From assembly GCA_002427365.1 (NCBI GenBank), contig DIQT01000007.1:67758-131757 (forward strand): a stretch of DNA of 64,000 nucleotides. The letters run 5' to 3'. Made by a program: the position numbers and the translations under genes. Positions 1 to 10,370 of the stretch are shown here, piece by piece. The stretch is from Bacillales bacterium UBA5455 (GTDB taxonomy: Bacteria > Bacillota_I > Bacilli_A > RFN20 > CAG-826). The notes beneath the pieces are model-generated. The model saw only the letters and a program-made list of their open reading frames with translations, had not been told where the DNA came from and did no database searches. Position 1 is the first letter of the stretch, and every line of letters begins with the position of its first letter.

Positions 1-689
1 TTATTTGTGGAATACGCTAACAGTTGATCAAGCATGGATAAGGCATCACGCACCCCACCATCAGATAACGAAATTAATAAATTAAGCGCATGGTCATCAT
101 AAATAACTTTTTCTAATTTTAAAATTTCAATTAAGCGTTTCTTTAAATCATGGTCACTAACCTTAGAAAAATCAAAACGTTGAACGCGCGATAAAATTGT
201 TGGTAAAACTTTATGTGGTTCGGTTGTCGCTAAAATAAATACAACATTTGAAGGAGGTTCTTCAAGCGTTTTTAATAAGGCATTAAACGCTGATGTCGAC
301 ATCATATGAACTTCATCAATAATATAAACTTTATAGCGACCTTTAATTGGTGAATATTTAATATTTTCCACGAGATTGCGAATATTATCGACACCACTAT
401 TCGATGCGGCGTCAATTTCAAAAACATCTGGATGGGAACCATCGACAATTGTTAAACAGTTATCACACTTATTACATTGATGGCCAACGCCTTCTTCGCA
501 ATTGAGTGCTTTCGCAAGCAGTTTCGCCATCGTTGTTTTTCCCGTTCCACGCGGTCCTGAAAATAAATACGCGTGAGCGATTTTCCCGCTCTTAAGCGCA
601 TTTGCGATTGTTTTAACGACTGTTTGTTGACCTGCAACTTCTTCAAAGGTCTGCGGACGATATGTCCGATATAATGCTTTGTATGCCAT
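1..689 (-). CDS. dnaX: DNA polymerase III subunit gamma/tau, N-terminal part; the gene continues beyond the window start
   Basis: Reverse-strand translation from the ATG at 689 gives MAYKALYRTYRPQTFEEVAGQQ...FSGPRGTGKTT (AAA+ Walker A) with a zinc-finger CxxC cluster. AGGTGA RBS 7 nt upstream. The frame runs off the window edge, so it is absent from the ORF track. Confidence 0.85.
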   Translation of the reverse strand, partial: MAYKALYRTYRPQTFEEVAGQQTVVKTIANALKSGKIAHAYLFSGPRGTGKTTMAKLLAKALNCEEGVGHQCNKCDNCLTIVDGSHPDVFEIDAASNSGVDNIRNLVENIKYSPIKGRYKVYIIDEVHMMSTSAFNALLKTLEEPPSNVVFILATTEPHKVLPTILSRVQRFDFSKVSDHDLKKRLIEILKLEKVIYDDHALNLLISLSDGGVRDALSMLDQLLAYSTN

Positions 690-924
690 ATTTCACCTGC
701 TTCTATTATAGCAATAAAACGGGGCAATTGTATCGCTTAGATACGAACTCTTTGGAAAGTTTTGAAAGTTACGAGGATATAAGTGCGTTCGTGGTTGAAA
801 AGATGAAAATTATTCTAAATAATCTTATGAAGAGCGAACAAAAGCCACCATTTATTGTTGAATATCATTAATGTATAATGATGCGAAGATATGATAAAAT
901 ATATAAGATGGAAAAGAGGAAGTT

Positions 925-2001
925 ATGGACGAATCATTAAGAAACAGACTAGAAACAACAGCAGCGCGGTTAGATGAAATTGACGAACAGCTTGCTGACC
1001 CTAACGTTACGAAAGATATGAAGAAATTTCGTTCTTTAACAATTGAACGGTCACAAATTGCGGATGTTGTTGATAAATTTAATGAATATTTACGAAACGA
1101 ATCGGATGAAGAAGACGCTCTTTTAATGAGCGGTGATAGCGATCCAGATATCGCCTCTTTTGCCAAAGAAGAACATAAACGGCTTGTTGAAGCACAAAAT
1201 GAATTAATTCAAGAACTTAGAGTTTTATTAATTCCCCGTGACCCTAATGATGACAAAAATATTGTTGTTGAAATTCGGGGCGCGGTTGGTGGTGATGAAG
1301 CCAACATTTTTGCGGGTGATTTATTTAGAATGTACACTCGTTATGCAGAATCAAAAGGCTGGACACTTGATATTCTTGATGAAAACCCATCCGATAGCGG
1401 TGGCTTTTCAATGATTTCTTTTATGGTTAAAGGGAATGGTGTTTATAGTCGCTTAAAATTTGAAAGTGGTGCGCACCGCGTTCAACGGGTACCAAAAACC
1501 GAAGCAAGTGGAAGAATTCATACTTCGACCGCGACCGTTCTTGTCATGCCTGAAGTTGAAGAAGTTGAAATTGAAATTCGCGAAGAAGACTTACAAATGG
1601 ATACGTTCCGTAGTGGTGGCGCGGGTGGCCAAAACGTTAATAAAGTTGAATCCGCTGTTCGGATTACCCACATTCCGACCGGGATTGTTGCAAGTTCCCA
1701 AATTGAAAAGTCGCAAACGCAAAACCGTAAAATTGCGATGACAATGTTAAGAGCCAAACTTTTTGCGGCAAAACAAGCTGAACAAGATGCAAAAGTTGGT
1801 GCGGAACGGAAACTTAAAGTTGGTACCGGCGAACGAAGCGAAAAAATTAGAACATATAACTACCCGCAAAATCGGGTTACTGATCACCGGATTGGTTTAA
1901 CCCTCCAAAAACTTGATCGGATTATTGAAGGCGATTTAGATGAAGTGTTGGAAGCGTTAATTCACTACGATCAAGAACAAAAAATTAAAGGAGAAAGTTA
2001 A
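925..2001 (+). CDS. prfA: peptide chain release factor 1
   Basis: 358 aa with GGQ motif ([13 protein letters not shown]) and RF1-type domain order. TTG..TATAAT promoter-like sequence upstream. Confidence 0.95.
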   Translation: MDESLRNRLETTAARLDEIDEQLADPNVTKDMKKFRSLTIERSQIADVVDKFNEYLRNESDEEDALLMSGDSDPDIASFAKEEHKRLVEAQNELIQELRVLLIPRDPNDDKNIVVEIRGAVGGDEANIFAGDLFRMYTRYAESKGWTLDILDENPSDSGGFSMISFMVKGNGVYSRLKFESGAHRVQRVPKTEASGRIHTSTATVLVMPEVEEVEIEIREEDLQMDTFRSGGAGGQNVNKVESAVRITHIPTGIVASSQIEKSQTQNRKIAMTMLRAKLFAAKQAEQDAKVGAERKLKVGTGERSEKIRTYNYPQNRVTDHRIGLTLQKLDRIIEGDLDEVLEALIHYDQEQKIKGES

Positions 2002-2843
2002 TGGCAAAAATTAGAGACGTTTACGAACAAGCACGAAAAGAACTTAATCCTAATATTTCCGCAGCGTCATTACGATTGTTAATGGTCGAAACAAATAACT
2101 TTAAAAATTACGCTGATTTAGATCATAACCTTGAAAAAGAACAACAAAACGAGGATATTTTCTGGAAAATGTTTGCAAGCCTTAATAAAGGTGTTCCTGT
2201 TCAATATATTGTTAATAACGCTAATTTTTTAGGGGAAGATTTTCACGTCGATTCACGTGTCTTAATTCCTCGTCCCGAAACGGAAGAACTTGTTGAACAA
2301 GTATATCGCGATTTATTATTTAATTACCGCGATGAACCATTTACGCTTGTGGATTTAGGTACAGGAAGTGGTGTAATTGCCATAAGTATTGCAAAACGCT
2401 TCCCAAACGCTAAAGTTTACGCAGTTGATATTGATTATGATGCCCTAAAAGTCGCTCGGTTTAACGCTCGCCGGCATGAAGTTGATGTTCAATTTCTTAT
2501 TGGAGATATGCTAAAACCTTTAATCCAACAAGGGGTTAAATTCGATTATATTATCTCTAATCCACCTTATATTGGAAATTTAGAAGAAATCGAAGAAAAC
2601 GTTTTTAAATATGAACCTTTAATTGCTCTCGAAGCAAAAGAAGGAACTGAATTTTATGAAAAGATTTTCGCGGATGTTAACGAAGTTTTTGATGAACAAG
2701 TAAAAATTTATTTTGAAATTGGTTATGACCAAAAGAAAAAATTAACGAAATTCGTTGAAAAGCTTCCGTTTCAAACAAAATTTAATTTTAGCCGCGATTT
2801 GCAAGGAAAAGACCGATATTTATTTGTCAGCCTTAAAAAGTAA
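2001..2843 (+). CDS. prmC: release factor glutamine N5-methyltransferase (HemK/PrmC)
   Basis: NPPY motif (IISNPPYIG) and SAM-binding DLGTGSG. Start overlaps the prfA stop. Confidence 0.9.
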   Translation: MAKIRDVYEQARKELNPNISAASLRLLMVETNNFKNYADLDHNLEKEQQNEDIFWKMFASLNKGVPVQYIVNNANFLGEDFHVDSRVLIPRPETEELVEQVYRDLLFNYRDEPFTLVDLGTGSGVIAISIAKRFPNAKVYAVDIDYDALKVARFNARRHEVDVQFLIGDMLKPLIQQGVKFDYIISNPPYIGNLEEIEENVFKYEPLIALEAKEGTEFYEKIFADVNEVFDEQVKIYFEIGYDQKKKLTKFVEKLPFQTKFNFSRDLQGKDRYLFVSLKK

Positions 2844-2845
2844 TT

Positions 2846-3460
2846 ATGAAAACTAAAGTATTAAATTCTCATCAACTCGGTGAAGCCGCTAATTTTTTAT
2901 TAAGCGGGGAAATTGTTGCGTTTCCAACGGAAACCGTTTTTGGCCTTGGTGTTGTTTATGATAACGAAGATTCATTTAAAAAGTTAATTGAAGTTAAACA
3001 CCGGCCCGCAAATAAATTATTTACATTAATGGTCGCCGATCCGGATGATATTGCTAAATACGCCGTCGTTACCCCCTTAATTCAAAAGGTTATTGATAAT
3101 TTTATGGTTGGTCCATTAACAATTATTTTACCCGCTAAAGAAGATGTGCCGCACTATGTAAAAGGCGATAATAATGAAATTGGTATTCGAATTTCAAGTC
3201 TTGCTTTTGTGAGAAAGTTAATTCGCGAAACAGGGAAACCATTACTTGTACCAAGCGCAAATAAAACCGGTGAACCACCAGCGTTAAACGATAAACAAGC
3301 GTTAAAAATATTTGATGGTGAAATTGCTGCGGTTATTGAAGGACAAAGTCGCTCGCATATTCCTAGTACGGTTGTGCGGATTAATGATAAAATTACATTG
3401 ATTAGACAAGGCGCAATTAGTTTAGAAGAAATCTTAGAAAAAGTGGAGGAAGAACAATGA
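2846..3460 (+). CDS. tsaC: L-threonylcarbamoyladenylate synthase, Sua5/YrdC/YwlC family
   Basis: 204 aa YrdC-like domain. Conserved prfA-prmC-ywlC-rpiB synteny of Firmicutes. Confidence 0.8.
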   Translation: MKTKVLNSHQLGEAANFLLSGEIVAFPTETVFGLGVVYDNEDSFKKLIEVKHRPANKLFTLMVADPDDIAKYAVVTPLIQKVIDNFMVGPLTIILPAKEDVPHYVKGDNNEIGIRISSLAFVRKLIRETGKPLLVPSANKTGEPPALNDKQALKIFDGEIAAVIEGQSRSHIPSTVVRINDKITLIRQGAISLEEILEKVEEEQ

Positions 3461-3900
3461 TTATTAGTATAGGTAGTGACCACGCTGGTTACGAATATAA
3501 AGAAATTATTAAAAAACATTTAATCGATAAAGGATATGAAGTACTTGACGCTGGTGCGTTTGGTAAAGATAGTGTTCATTATCCAGAATTTGCGATTAAA
3601 GCAGCGGAAGCGGTACGCGATGGCAAAGCTTCATTTGGTTTTGTTGTTTGTTCAAGTGGTGAAGGTGTTTCAATGGCGGCCAATAAAGTAAAAGGTATTC
3701 GCTGTGGTGTTGGGTATAATGACCATGTTAGTGAATACGCTAGACGCCATAATAACGCAAATATGTTAAGCTTTGGCCAAGATCAAATGGCGATTGAAGA
3801 TGTCTTACGGCGTGTTGACCTATTTCTAGCGACCGAATTTGAAGGTGGTCGGCATGATATTCGCGTTCAACAAATTATTGATTACGAAAATAAAAAATAA
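3457..3900 (+). CDS. rpiB: ribose-5-phosphate isomerase B (RpiB/LacAB family)
   Basis: 147 aa, MIISIGSDHAG...GIRCGV motifs typical of RpiB. Confidence 0.85.
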   Translation: MIISIGSDHAGYEYKEIIKKHLIDKGYEVLDAGAFGKDSVHYPEFAIKAAEAVRDGKASFGFVVCSSGEGVSMAANKVKGIRCGVGYNDHVSEYARRHNNANMLSFGQDQMAIEDVLRRVDLFLATEFEGGRHDIRVQQIIDYENKK

Positions 3901-3943
3901 CGCTAAATAAGAAAGTTATCTAAAACGGTCCATATTTATTAGT

Positions 3944-5086
3944 ATGGACCTTTTTATTTGTCCGCTATGTGGAAATAGCAATCCGCGTTATATTGGTGTT
4001 CGTCCTAACGGTGTGAAATATTGCCGGTATTGTTTAAGTTTGCACGGGGAAGAAGTCGATGATAGTGCTCCGTTTTTATGGCCCGCCGAAGTCACGCTAA
4101 ATTATTCCTTAAGCGAAGATCAAATAACGGTTTCAAACAAGCTCGTTGAAGCAATTTCAAATAATAAAAACGTTTTAATTCATGCGATTTGTGGTGCAGG
4201 TAAAACGGAGCTCGTATATGAGACAATTAAAGTCGCACTTAATAAGGGACTTCAAGTTGGGTTTGCTATTCCCCGCCGCGACGTTGTTATTGAATTAAGT
4301 GTTCGCCTCCGCGACGCTTTTCCTGGTATTAATGTAACTGCGGTTTATGGCGGACATACCAACCACTTAACCGGTGATATTATTATTTTAACAACGCACC
4401 AACTATATCGCTATCCAGAGTATTTTGACTTATTGGTTTTTGATGAAATTGACGCCTTCCCGTATAAAGATAATGATTTACTTCAAAAAATGTTTATCCG
4501 GGCAACAAAAGGAAATTATGTCATGCTTTCCGCGACCCCATCGGATAAATTTATTAATGATTTTAAAAAAGAAGGTGTTGTTTTAGAACTTTTTACAAGA
4601 TTTCATCGTCATCCCTTACCTGTTCCAAAAATTGTGCGTCGCTATGGGATAATGGAGTACTTTTACGTAATTAAAGCATTAAAAAAATATGAAAAGCTCG
4701 GCAAACCTGTCCTCGTTTTTGTGCCAACTGTGTCAAGCGCTGAAACGTTAGCAAGAGCGTTAAAGCCATTTTTGAAGTTAGGGACATACGTTCATTCTCG
4801 ATGTAGTGACCGCGGCGAAAGAATTAAAGCCTTTGTTCAAGGAAAATATAACTATTTAGTAACCACAAGCGTTTTAGAACGTGGTGTAACAATTAAGAAC
4901 CTTCAAGTTATTATTTATCAAGCGGATGCTTGGCTATATGATGAGGCAACGCTAGTGCAAATTTCTGGCCGGGTTGGGCGAAAGGTCGATGCCCCCACGG
5001 GCGATGTTATTTTTCTTGCGACAAAGAAAACAAAAGCGATGATAAGCGCGATTAAAAATATCGAGGATAAAAATGCCCATTTGTAA
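3944..5086 (+). CDS. comFA: ComFA-like DEAD/DEAH-box helicase (competence / DNA uptake)
   Basis: N-terminal Cys4 zinc finger, Walker A (CGAGKTE), DEID box (LVFDEIDAF), helicase C domain. comFA-comFC-secA-prfB synteny as in Bacillus. Confidence 0.8.
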   Translation: MDLFICPLCGNSNPRYIGVRPNGVKYCRYCLSLHGEEVDDSAPFLWPAEVTLNYSLSEDQITVSNKLVEAISNNKNVLIHAICGAGKTELVYETIKVALNKGLQVGFAIPRRDVVIELSVRLRDAFPGINVTAVYGGHTNHLTGDIIILTTHQLYRYPEYFDLLVFDEIDAFPYKDNDLLQKMFIRATKGNYVMLSATPSDKFINDFKKEGVVLELFTRFHRHPLPVPKIVRRYGIMEYFYVIKALKKYEKLGKPVLVFVPTVSSAETLARALKPFLKLGTYVHSRCSDRGERIKAFVQGKYNYLVTTSVLERGVTIKNLQVIIYQADAWLYDEATLVQISGRVGRKVDAPTGDVIFLATKKTKAMISAIKNIEDKNAHL

Positions 5087-5687
5087 AGTGTGTTTAAAAG
5101 AAATGACAACACCAAGTTTTCTATCCTTTTTTAGTAAAGAAAATATTATGTGTCCCGAATGTCAAAATAAATTTCGACCGGTATTTCGTAAAGTTAGTAA
5201 GTTGGATGGAAACATTTATGTACTCTACCATTATGACGAAACAATTCGAAGTTTACTTTACCAATTTAAAGTCGCGGATGATTATGAAATTTATTCAGTC
5301 TTTTTAGGGCGCTTTGCGCCATATCTACGGCTTAAGTTTCATGATTATATTTTAGTTCCTGCACCAAGTGTTTCGATAGATAATGAACGCCGTGGGTATA
5401 ATCATGTGGAAATGATGTTTAGCGTCCTTAAGTTACCTCTTGTTCGAGCGGTTAAAAAGATAAATTCGAATAAACAAACAAATCGAACAAAACGCGAAAG
5501 ATATCAAATTAAAGATGATCTTGCGTTAGAAGATAATATTAATCTTGCGGGTAAAAAAGTGTTATTAATTGATGACGTTTTAACAACCGGCTCAACCTTA
5601 AACACAATGGAACAATTAATTAAAACATTAAAGCCCGCAAAAATTGAAAAACTTGTTTTATCAATTGTGGCAAGTCACCCGCTTTAA
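5073..5687 (+). CDS. comFC: ComFC-family phosphoribosyltransferase
   Basis: N-terminal CxxC..CxxC finger and C-terminal PRTase motif VLLIDDVLTTGSTL. Start overlaps comFA. Confidence 0.8.
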   Translation: MPICKVCLKEMTTPSFLSFFSKENIMCPECQNKFRPVFRKVSKLDGNIYVLYHYDETIRSLLYQFKVADDYEIYSVFLGRFAPYLRLKFHDYILVPAPSVSIDNERRGYNHVEMMFSVLKLPLVRAVKKINSNKQTNRTKRERYQIKDDLALEDNINLAGKKVLLIDDVLTTGSTLNTMEQLIKTLKPAKIEKLVLSIVASHPL

Positions 5688-5800
5688 TTGCTCTTTTGAT
5701 TGAGAATAAGGGGATTAAATGCTACTATTTAACAAGTAGACTTGATTTATTTATTTATAAATAAAAAAAAGAATAAAAGAAAAATAAAGGGTAGGATAAT

Positions 5801-8212
5801 ATGGCAAATTTCTTTGAGAAAATATTTAGAACAGAACAACGACGCTTAAATAAATTAAAACATCGTGCAACAAAAGTTGATGCTTATGCCGCAACAATGG
5901 CGGCGATGAGTGATGATGAATTACGGGCAAAAACAAAAGAATTCCAACATCGTTTACAAGTGGATGGCGAACCATTATCAGCGGTTGAATATGAAGCATT
6001 TGCTGTTGCGCGGGAAGCTGCAAAACGGACAATTGGTTTATATCCTTTCTTCGTGCAAATTGTTGGGGCGTTAATTTTAAATCAAGGTGACGTTGCGGAA
6101 ATGAAAACTGGTGAAGGTAAAACACTAACCGCTACGATGGCGGTTTACGCAAACGCGTTAATGGGTAAAGGCGTCCACGTCGTTACTGTTAACGAATATC
6201 TTGCTCAACGTGACGCGGAATGGATGGGTGAAATTTATCGTTTCCTTGGATTAACCGTTGGAGTTAACTTACGGGAAAAAACTGTTTCCGAAAAACAAGC
6301 GGCTTATAAATGTGATATTACATACACAACTAACTCTGAATTAGGGTTTGACTATCTTCGTGATAACATGGCGACCCGCAAGGAAGACCGTGTTTTACGG
6401 GGACTTGAATACGCGGTTGTTGACGAAGCTGACTCGATTTTAATTGACGAAGCAAGGACCCCATTAATTATTTCCGGTGGTTCAAAAGCGAGCGCTAGTG
6501 CGTATAACATCGCCGACCGGTTTGTTAAAACACTCCGCCGGGAAAAACATTTTACAGTTGATATTAAAGATAAAGTTGCCCACTTAACTGATGAAGGAAA
6601 CTCAACCGCTGAACGGATGTTTGGTGTTAAAAACTTATATGATCCCGAAAACGCTGATTTAGTTCACCGGATTCACCAAGCATTAAAAGCAAACTATATT
6701 ATGAGCCGTGATGTTGAATACATGGTCGACCAAGAAGGCGAAATTCAATTAATTGACCAATTTACTGGTCGGGTTTTAAAAGGAAGAGAATATAGTGATG
6801 GGCTCCAACAAGCGATCCAAGCAAAAGAACACGTGAATATTAAACAAGAAACAATCACGATGGCGACGATTACTTATCAAAACTTCTTCCGTTTATACAA
6901 AAAAATGTCCGGGATGACGGGGACCGCAAAAACGGAAGAAGAAGAATTCCGGAAAATTTATAACATGCGCGTTATCGAAGTTCCAACAAACAAACCATTA
7001 ATAAGAATTGATGATGTTGATATCGTTTTTGCGCATAAACAACATAAACTTGAAGCACTCGTGGAAGAAGTTAAAAAACGGCATGAATTAGGTCAACCAA
7101 TTCTTGTTGGGACCGCGTCGGTTGAATCAAGTGAAGAAGTATCCGCCTTATTCACAGAGGCCGGTTTACCGCATAACACCTTAAACGCGAAAAACCACGC
7201 GCGTGAAGCAGAATTTATTGCCCACGCTGGTGAAAAAGGTGCAATTACAATCGCTACCAATATGGCGGGTCGCGGAACTGACATTAAGCTTGGTGAAGGT
7301 GTTGTTGAATTAGGTGGTCTTGCTGTTTTAGGAACAGAACGCCATGAAGCGCGCCGGATTGATAACCAACTTCGTGGTCGGGCTGGTCGGCAAGGGGACC
7401 CTGGGTACTCACGGTTCTTTGTTTCCTTTGAAGATGAATTATTACGGCGGTTCTCAAGTGATGCAATGCTTTCGTTAGTGCAACGAATGGGTGATGACCC
7501 AATTGAAGAAAGAATGTTTACCGCTGCAATTACCCAAGCGCAAAAACAAATTGAAGGAATGAACTTCGATATTCGGAAAAACTTACTTGATTATGATGAC
7601 GTTTTAGCTAAACAACGGCAAATCATGTACGATAAACGTGACCGAATTATTTATACGGACGATATTGAAGACTTAATTGAAGAATTCTTTATTACCGCTA
7701 GTAAAGCATTAACAAGAAAATGCACATATCCTGGTGATAATAACAACCTTGTTGATGGTGAAAAACTTAAAAAAGAATTAGAACCACGGTTCTTAGAAGA
7801 AGGAACAATTGATCCTGATGCATATGATGAATCACCAGTCGATGATTCAAGTGAAGATATTGCTTATTTATTAATTAGACGCTATACCGTAAGAAAACAA
7901 ACCTGGAATGAAACGATTTTAAATGATGTTCAACATAATGTTGCTTTACGCTGTATTGATCGGTCATGGACAAGACATATTGATACGATGGCCCACTTAC
8001 GCCAAGCAATTTATTTAAGAAGTTATGCTGGACGGAACCCATTACAAGATTATGTTAATGAAGGTTATGAAAACTTTGCGGAAATGCAAGATACAATTGC
8101 GATTGAAGCAGTTCTTAATTTATTAAATGCACAAATTCGTATTCAACGGGTTGATCCCGACGGAAATGAAATTCCTAATGATGATGAAGAAGTCAAAGTT
8201 GTCACAAACTAA
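5801..8212 (+). CDS. secA: preprotein translocase ATPase SecA
   Basis: 803 aa, Walker A (MKTGEGKT), DEAD-like motor domains, typical SecA architecture. Confidence 0.95.
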   Translation: MANFFEKIFRTEQRRLNKLKHRATKVDAYAATMAAMSDDELRAKTKEFQHRLQVDGEPLSAVEYEAFAVAREAAKRTIGLYPFFVQIVGALILNQGDVAEMKTGEGKTLTATMAVYANALMGKGVHVVTVNEYLAQRDAEWMGEIYRFLGLTVGVNLREKTVSEKQAAYKCDITYTTNSELGFDYLRDNMATRKEDRVLRGLEYAVVDEADSILIDEARTPLIISGGSKASASAYNIADRFVKTLRREKHFTVDIKDKVAHLTDEGNSTAERMFGVKNLYDPENADLVHRIHQALKANYIMSRDVEYMVDQEGEIQLIDQFTGRVLKGREYSDGLQQAIQAKEHVNIKQETITMATITYQNFFRLYKKMSGMTGTAKTEEEEFRKIYNMRVIEVPTNKPLIRIDDVDIVFAHKQHKLEALVEEVKKRHELGQPILVGTASVESSEEVSALFTEAGLPHNTLNAKNHAREAEFIAHAGEKGAITIATNMAGRGTDIKLGEGVVELGGLAVLGTERHEARRIDNQLRGRAGRQGDPGYSRFFVSFEDELLRRFSSDAMLSLVQRMGDDPIEERMFTAAITQAQKQIEGMNFDIRKNLLDYDDVLAKQRQIMYDKRDRIIYTDDIEDLIEEFFITASKALTRKCTYPGDNNNLVDGEKLKKELEPRFLEEGTIDPDAYDESPVDDSSEDIAYLLIRRYTVRKQTWNETILNDVQHNVALRCIDRSWTRHIDTMAHLRQAIYLRSYAGRNPLQDYVNEGYENFAEMQDTIAIEAVLNLLNAQIRIQRVDPDGNEIPNDDEEVKVVTN

Positions 8213-8223
8213 AGGAGGTAACG

Positions 8224-9334
8224 ATGGATTTTACAACCTTTAAACAAGAAGTCAATTATGTCGCTGATTTGATTACGCAAATTAGCGACTCTCTTTGACC
8301 TTCCTAAATTAGAACAAACAATTGCTGAAGCTGAACGTAAAATGGATGACCCTAATTTTTGGAGTGATCAACGGACGGCGTTAGGTGTTGTTAATAGTTT
8401 AAAAGGCGCCCGAAAAAAAGTTGATAATTTAAAAATTATTAATGAGCGCTTTGCTGACCTAAAAGAAATTGCGGCTTTATCAATTAATGAAATTGACGCT
8501 GATTTTTTAGCGCTTGCGGAAAGTGATTTAATTGAACTCCAAGCACTTGTGAAAGAAATGCATCATAACATTTTATTTCAAGGTGAATATGACCACATGA
8601 ACGCAATCGTGGAAATTCATGCGGGTGCCGGGGGAACCGAATCACAAGATTGGGCCTCGATGTTATATCGGATGTATGTTCGCTATGCAGAACGCCATAA
8701 CTATAAAATTCAAGTTGTTGATTATCAAGCAGGCAATGAAGCCGGTATTACAAGCGCCACCTTAATTATTCAAGGCGAAAACGTATATGGGTTATTAAAA
8801 GGCGAAAAAGGTGTTCATCGGTTAGTACGAATTTCACCCTTTGATGCGCAAGGTAGACGCCATACATCGTTTGCGAGCGTTAACGTAATTCCTGAATTTA
8901 GTGAAGAAATTAATGTCGATATAAATGAAGCTGATTTAAAAATTGATACATTCCGTAGTGGAGGCGCCGGTGGCCAAAATGTTAATAAAGTTGAAACCGC
9001 TGTTCGAATTACTCACCTTCCTTCAGGAATTGTAACTTCAAGTCAAGTAGAACGAAGTCAATCACGCAACAAAGATATTGCGTTAAACATGCTCAAAAGT
9101 CGCTTATATGAACAAGAACAACAAGCAAAGTCCGCAAAAATCAGTGGAATTGTCGGAGAACAAAAACTTGTCGAATGGGGTTCCCAAGTTCGTTCATATG
9201 TTTATCAACCTTATCGGCTAGTAAAAGATAACCGAACAAATTATGAAACGGGTGACTTTGATAGCGTAATGGATGGCGAATTGGATGAGTTTGCGTATGC
9301 GTATTTAGAAATGGAGGCAAAAAAACATGGCTAA
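8224..9334 (+). CDS. prfB: peptide chain release factor 2, expressed through a programmed +1 frameshift at CTT TGA C (8293-8299)
   Basis: A short frame starts at ATG 8224 behind AAGGAGGT ([24 protein letters not shown]) and ends at in-frame TGA 8296-8298 inside CTT TGA C. The +1 frame continues [18 protein letters not shown] into the 330-aa body with GGQ ([11 protein letters not shown]) and RF2-type SPF motif. Confidence 0.9.
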
Positions 9335-10370
9335 AATTAAAGAATGGTTTAAAAAATTAGAACACCAACGGCAAATTAAAAATATTGCGCTAGTTATTGT
9401 TGGTGCTTTTTTACTTGCTCTAGGCACAGGTATGTTTTTAACGCCGAACATTACTAATTCCAACCTTGGAAATTTTGAAGGTATTAATGCAGGCGGATTA
9501 GGCGGAAGTGGTTTAATTGTGCAAAACCTTACTGGTTTTCCTGTAGACTTCACCGTTATGATTTCTAGTGTCCTTGTATTTATTCTTGGTTATTTTGTTC
9601 TTGGAAAAGAATTTGCCATGAAAACATTGCTGGCAACAATCGTATATCCATTATTTCTTACCTTAGTAATTCGCGTTGACTTTTTCCAATTACCGGCCCG
9701 ACATTTATATGAAGCAGGAGTAAACGGCATGCCTGATACCGCAAATGTGTTAATTGGTGGCCTTGTTGGTGGCGGTTTAATTGGTATTGGTGTTGGTTTA
9801 GCCTTATTAGGTGGCGGATCAACGGGTGGCGTTGATGTCTTAGCGTTTGTTTTAACGAAGTACACACATATTAGAACTTCAGTTACAACTTTTATTATTG
9901 ATGGCACGATTGTTGTCATTGGCATGATTGTTTTTGGAGCAGATTATTTAGTTGTTGGTTTAATTGGAATTATTTCCGCTTTAATTTGTGCAGCGACAAT
10001 TAACTTCGTCTTTAGTGGTAAGTCTGATATTTATGACGCAAAAATCATTTCCAGTGAATGGGAAAAAATTAATGCGTATATTCAAGATGAAATGGGTCGC
10101 GGCTCAACGATTACAAACGTTGAAGGCGGATGGAAATATACAAATTACCGGCAAATAAACGTTGTTTTTAGTCGCGATCAACACGCGAGTTTACTTAAAG
10201 CAATCGCTGAAATTGACCCACATGCCTTTATTGTTATTAATCACCTCCAAAACGTTTTTGGTGAAGGATTTGTTGATTTAGAAAAACAACGTTTAAGTCG
10301 GAAAAAAAATAACAAAGAACCCACTAAGAAAAGCGAGTCCAATAATTTAAAAGAAGATGAAAAGTCATAA
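9327..10370 (+). CDS. YitT-family membrane protein (DUF161 / DUF2179) with a Gly-rich insert
   Basis: Multi-TM N-terminal region plus C-terminal DUF2179-like domain. Overlaps the prfB stop by 8 nt. Confidence 0.6.
   Translation: MAKIKEWFKKLEHQRQIKNIALVIVGAFLLALGTGMFLTPNITNSNLGNFEGINAGGLGGSGLIVQNLTGFPVDFTVMISSVLVFILGYFVLGKEFAMKTLLATIVYPLFLTLVIRVDFFQLPARHLYEAGVNGMPDTANVLIGGLVGGGLIGIGVGLALLGGGSTGGVDVLAFVLTKYTHIRTSVTTFIIDGTIVVIGMIVFGADYLVVGLIGIISALICAATINFVFSGKSDIYDAKIISSEWEKINAYIQDEMGRGSTITNVEGGWKYTNYRQINVVFSRDQHASLLKAIAEIDPHAFIVINHLQNVFGEGFVDLEKQRLSRKKNNKEPTKKSESNNLKEDEKS

Noticed and set aside
452-1166. Track ORFs 452..727(-), 662..871(+), 852..1166(-)
   Set aside because: They lie in the wrong frame inside dnaX or prfA, or across the dnaX-prfA promoter region. 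They show no motifs and low complexity. The real dnaX frame (start 689, minus) is the one supported by conserved motifs.
1460-1757. ORFs 1460..1741(+) and 1518..1757(-) inside prfA
   Set aside because: Alternative-frame shadows of a well-supported conserved gene.
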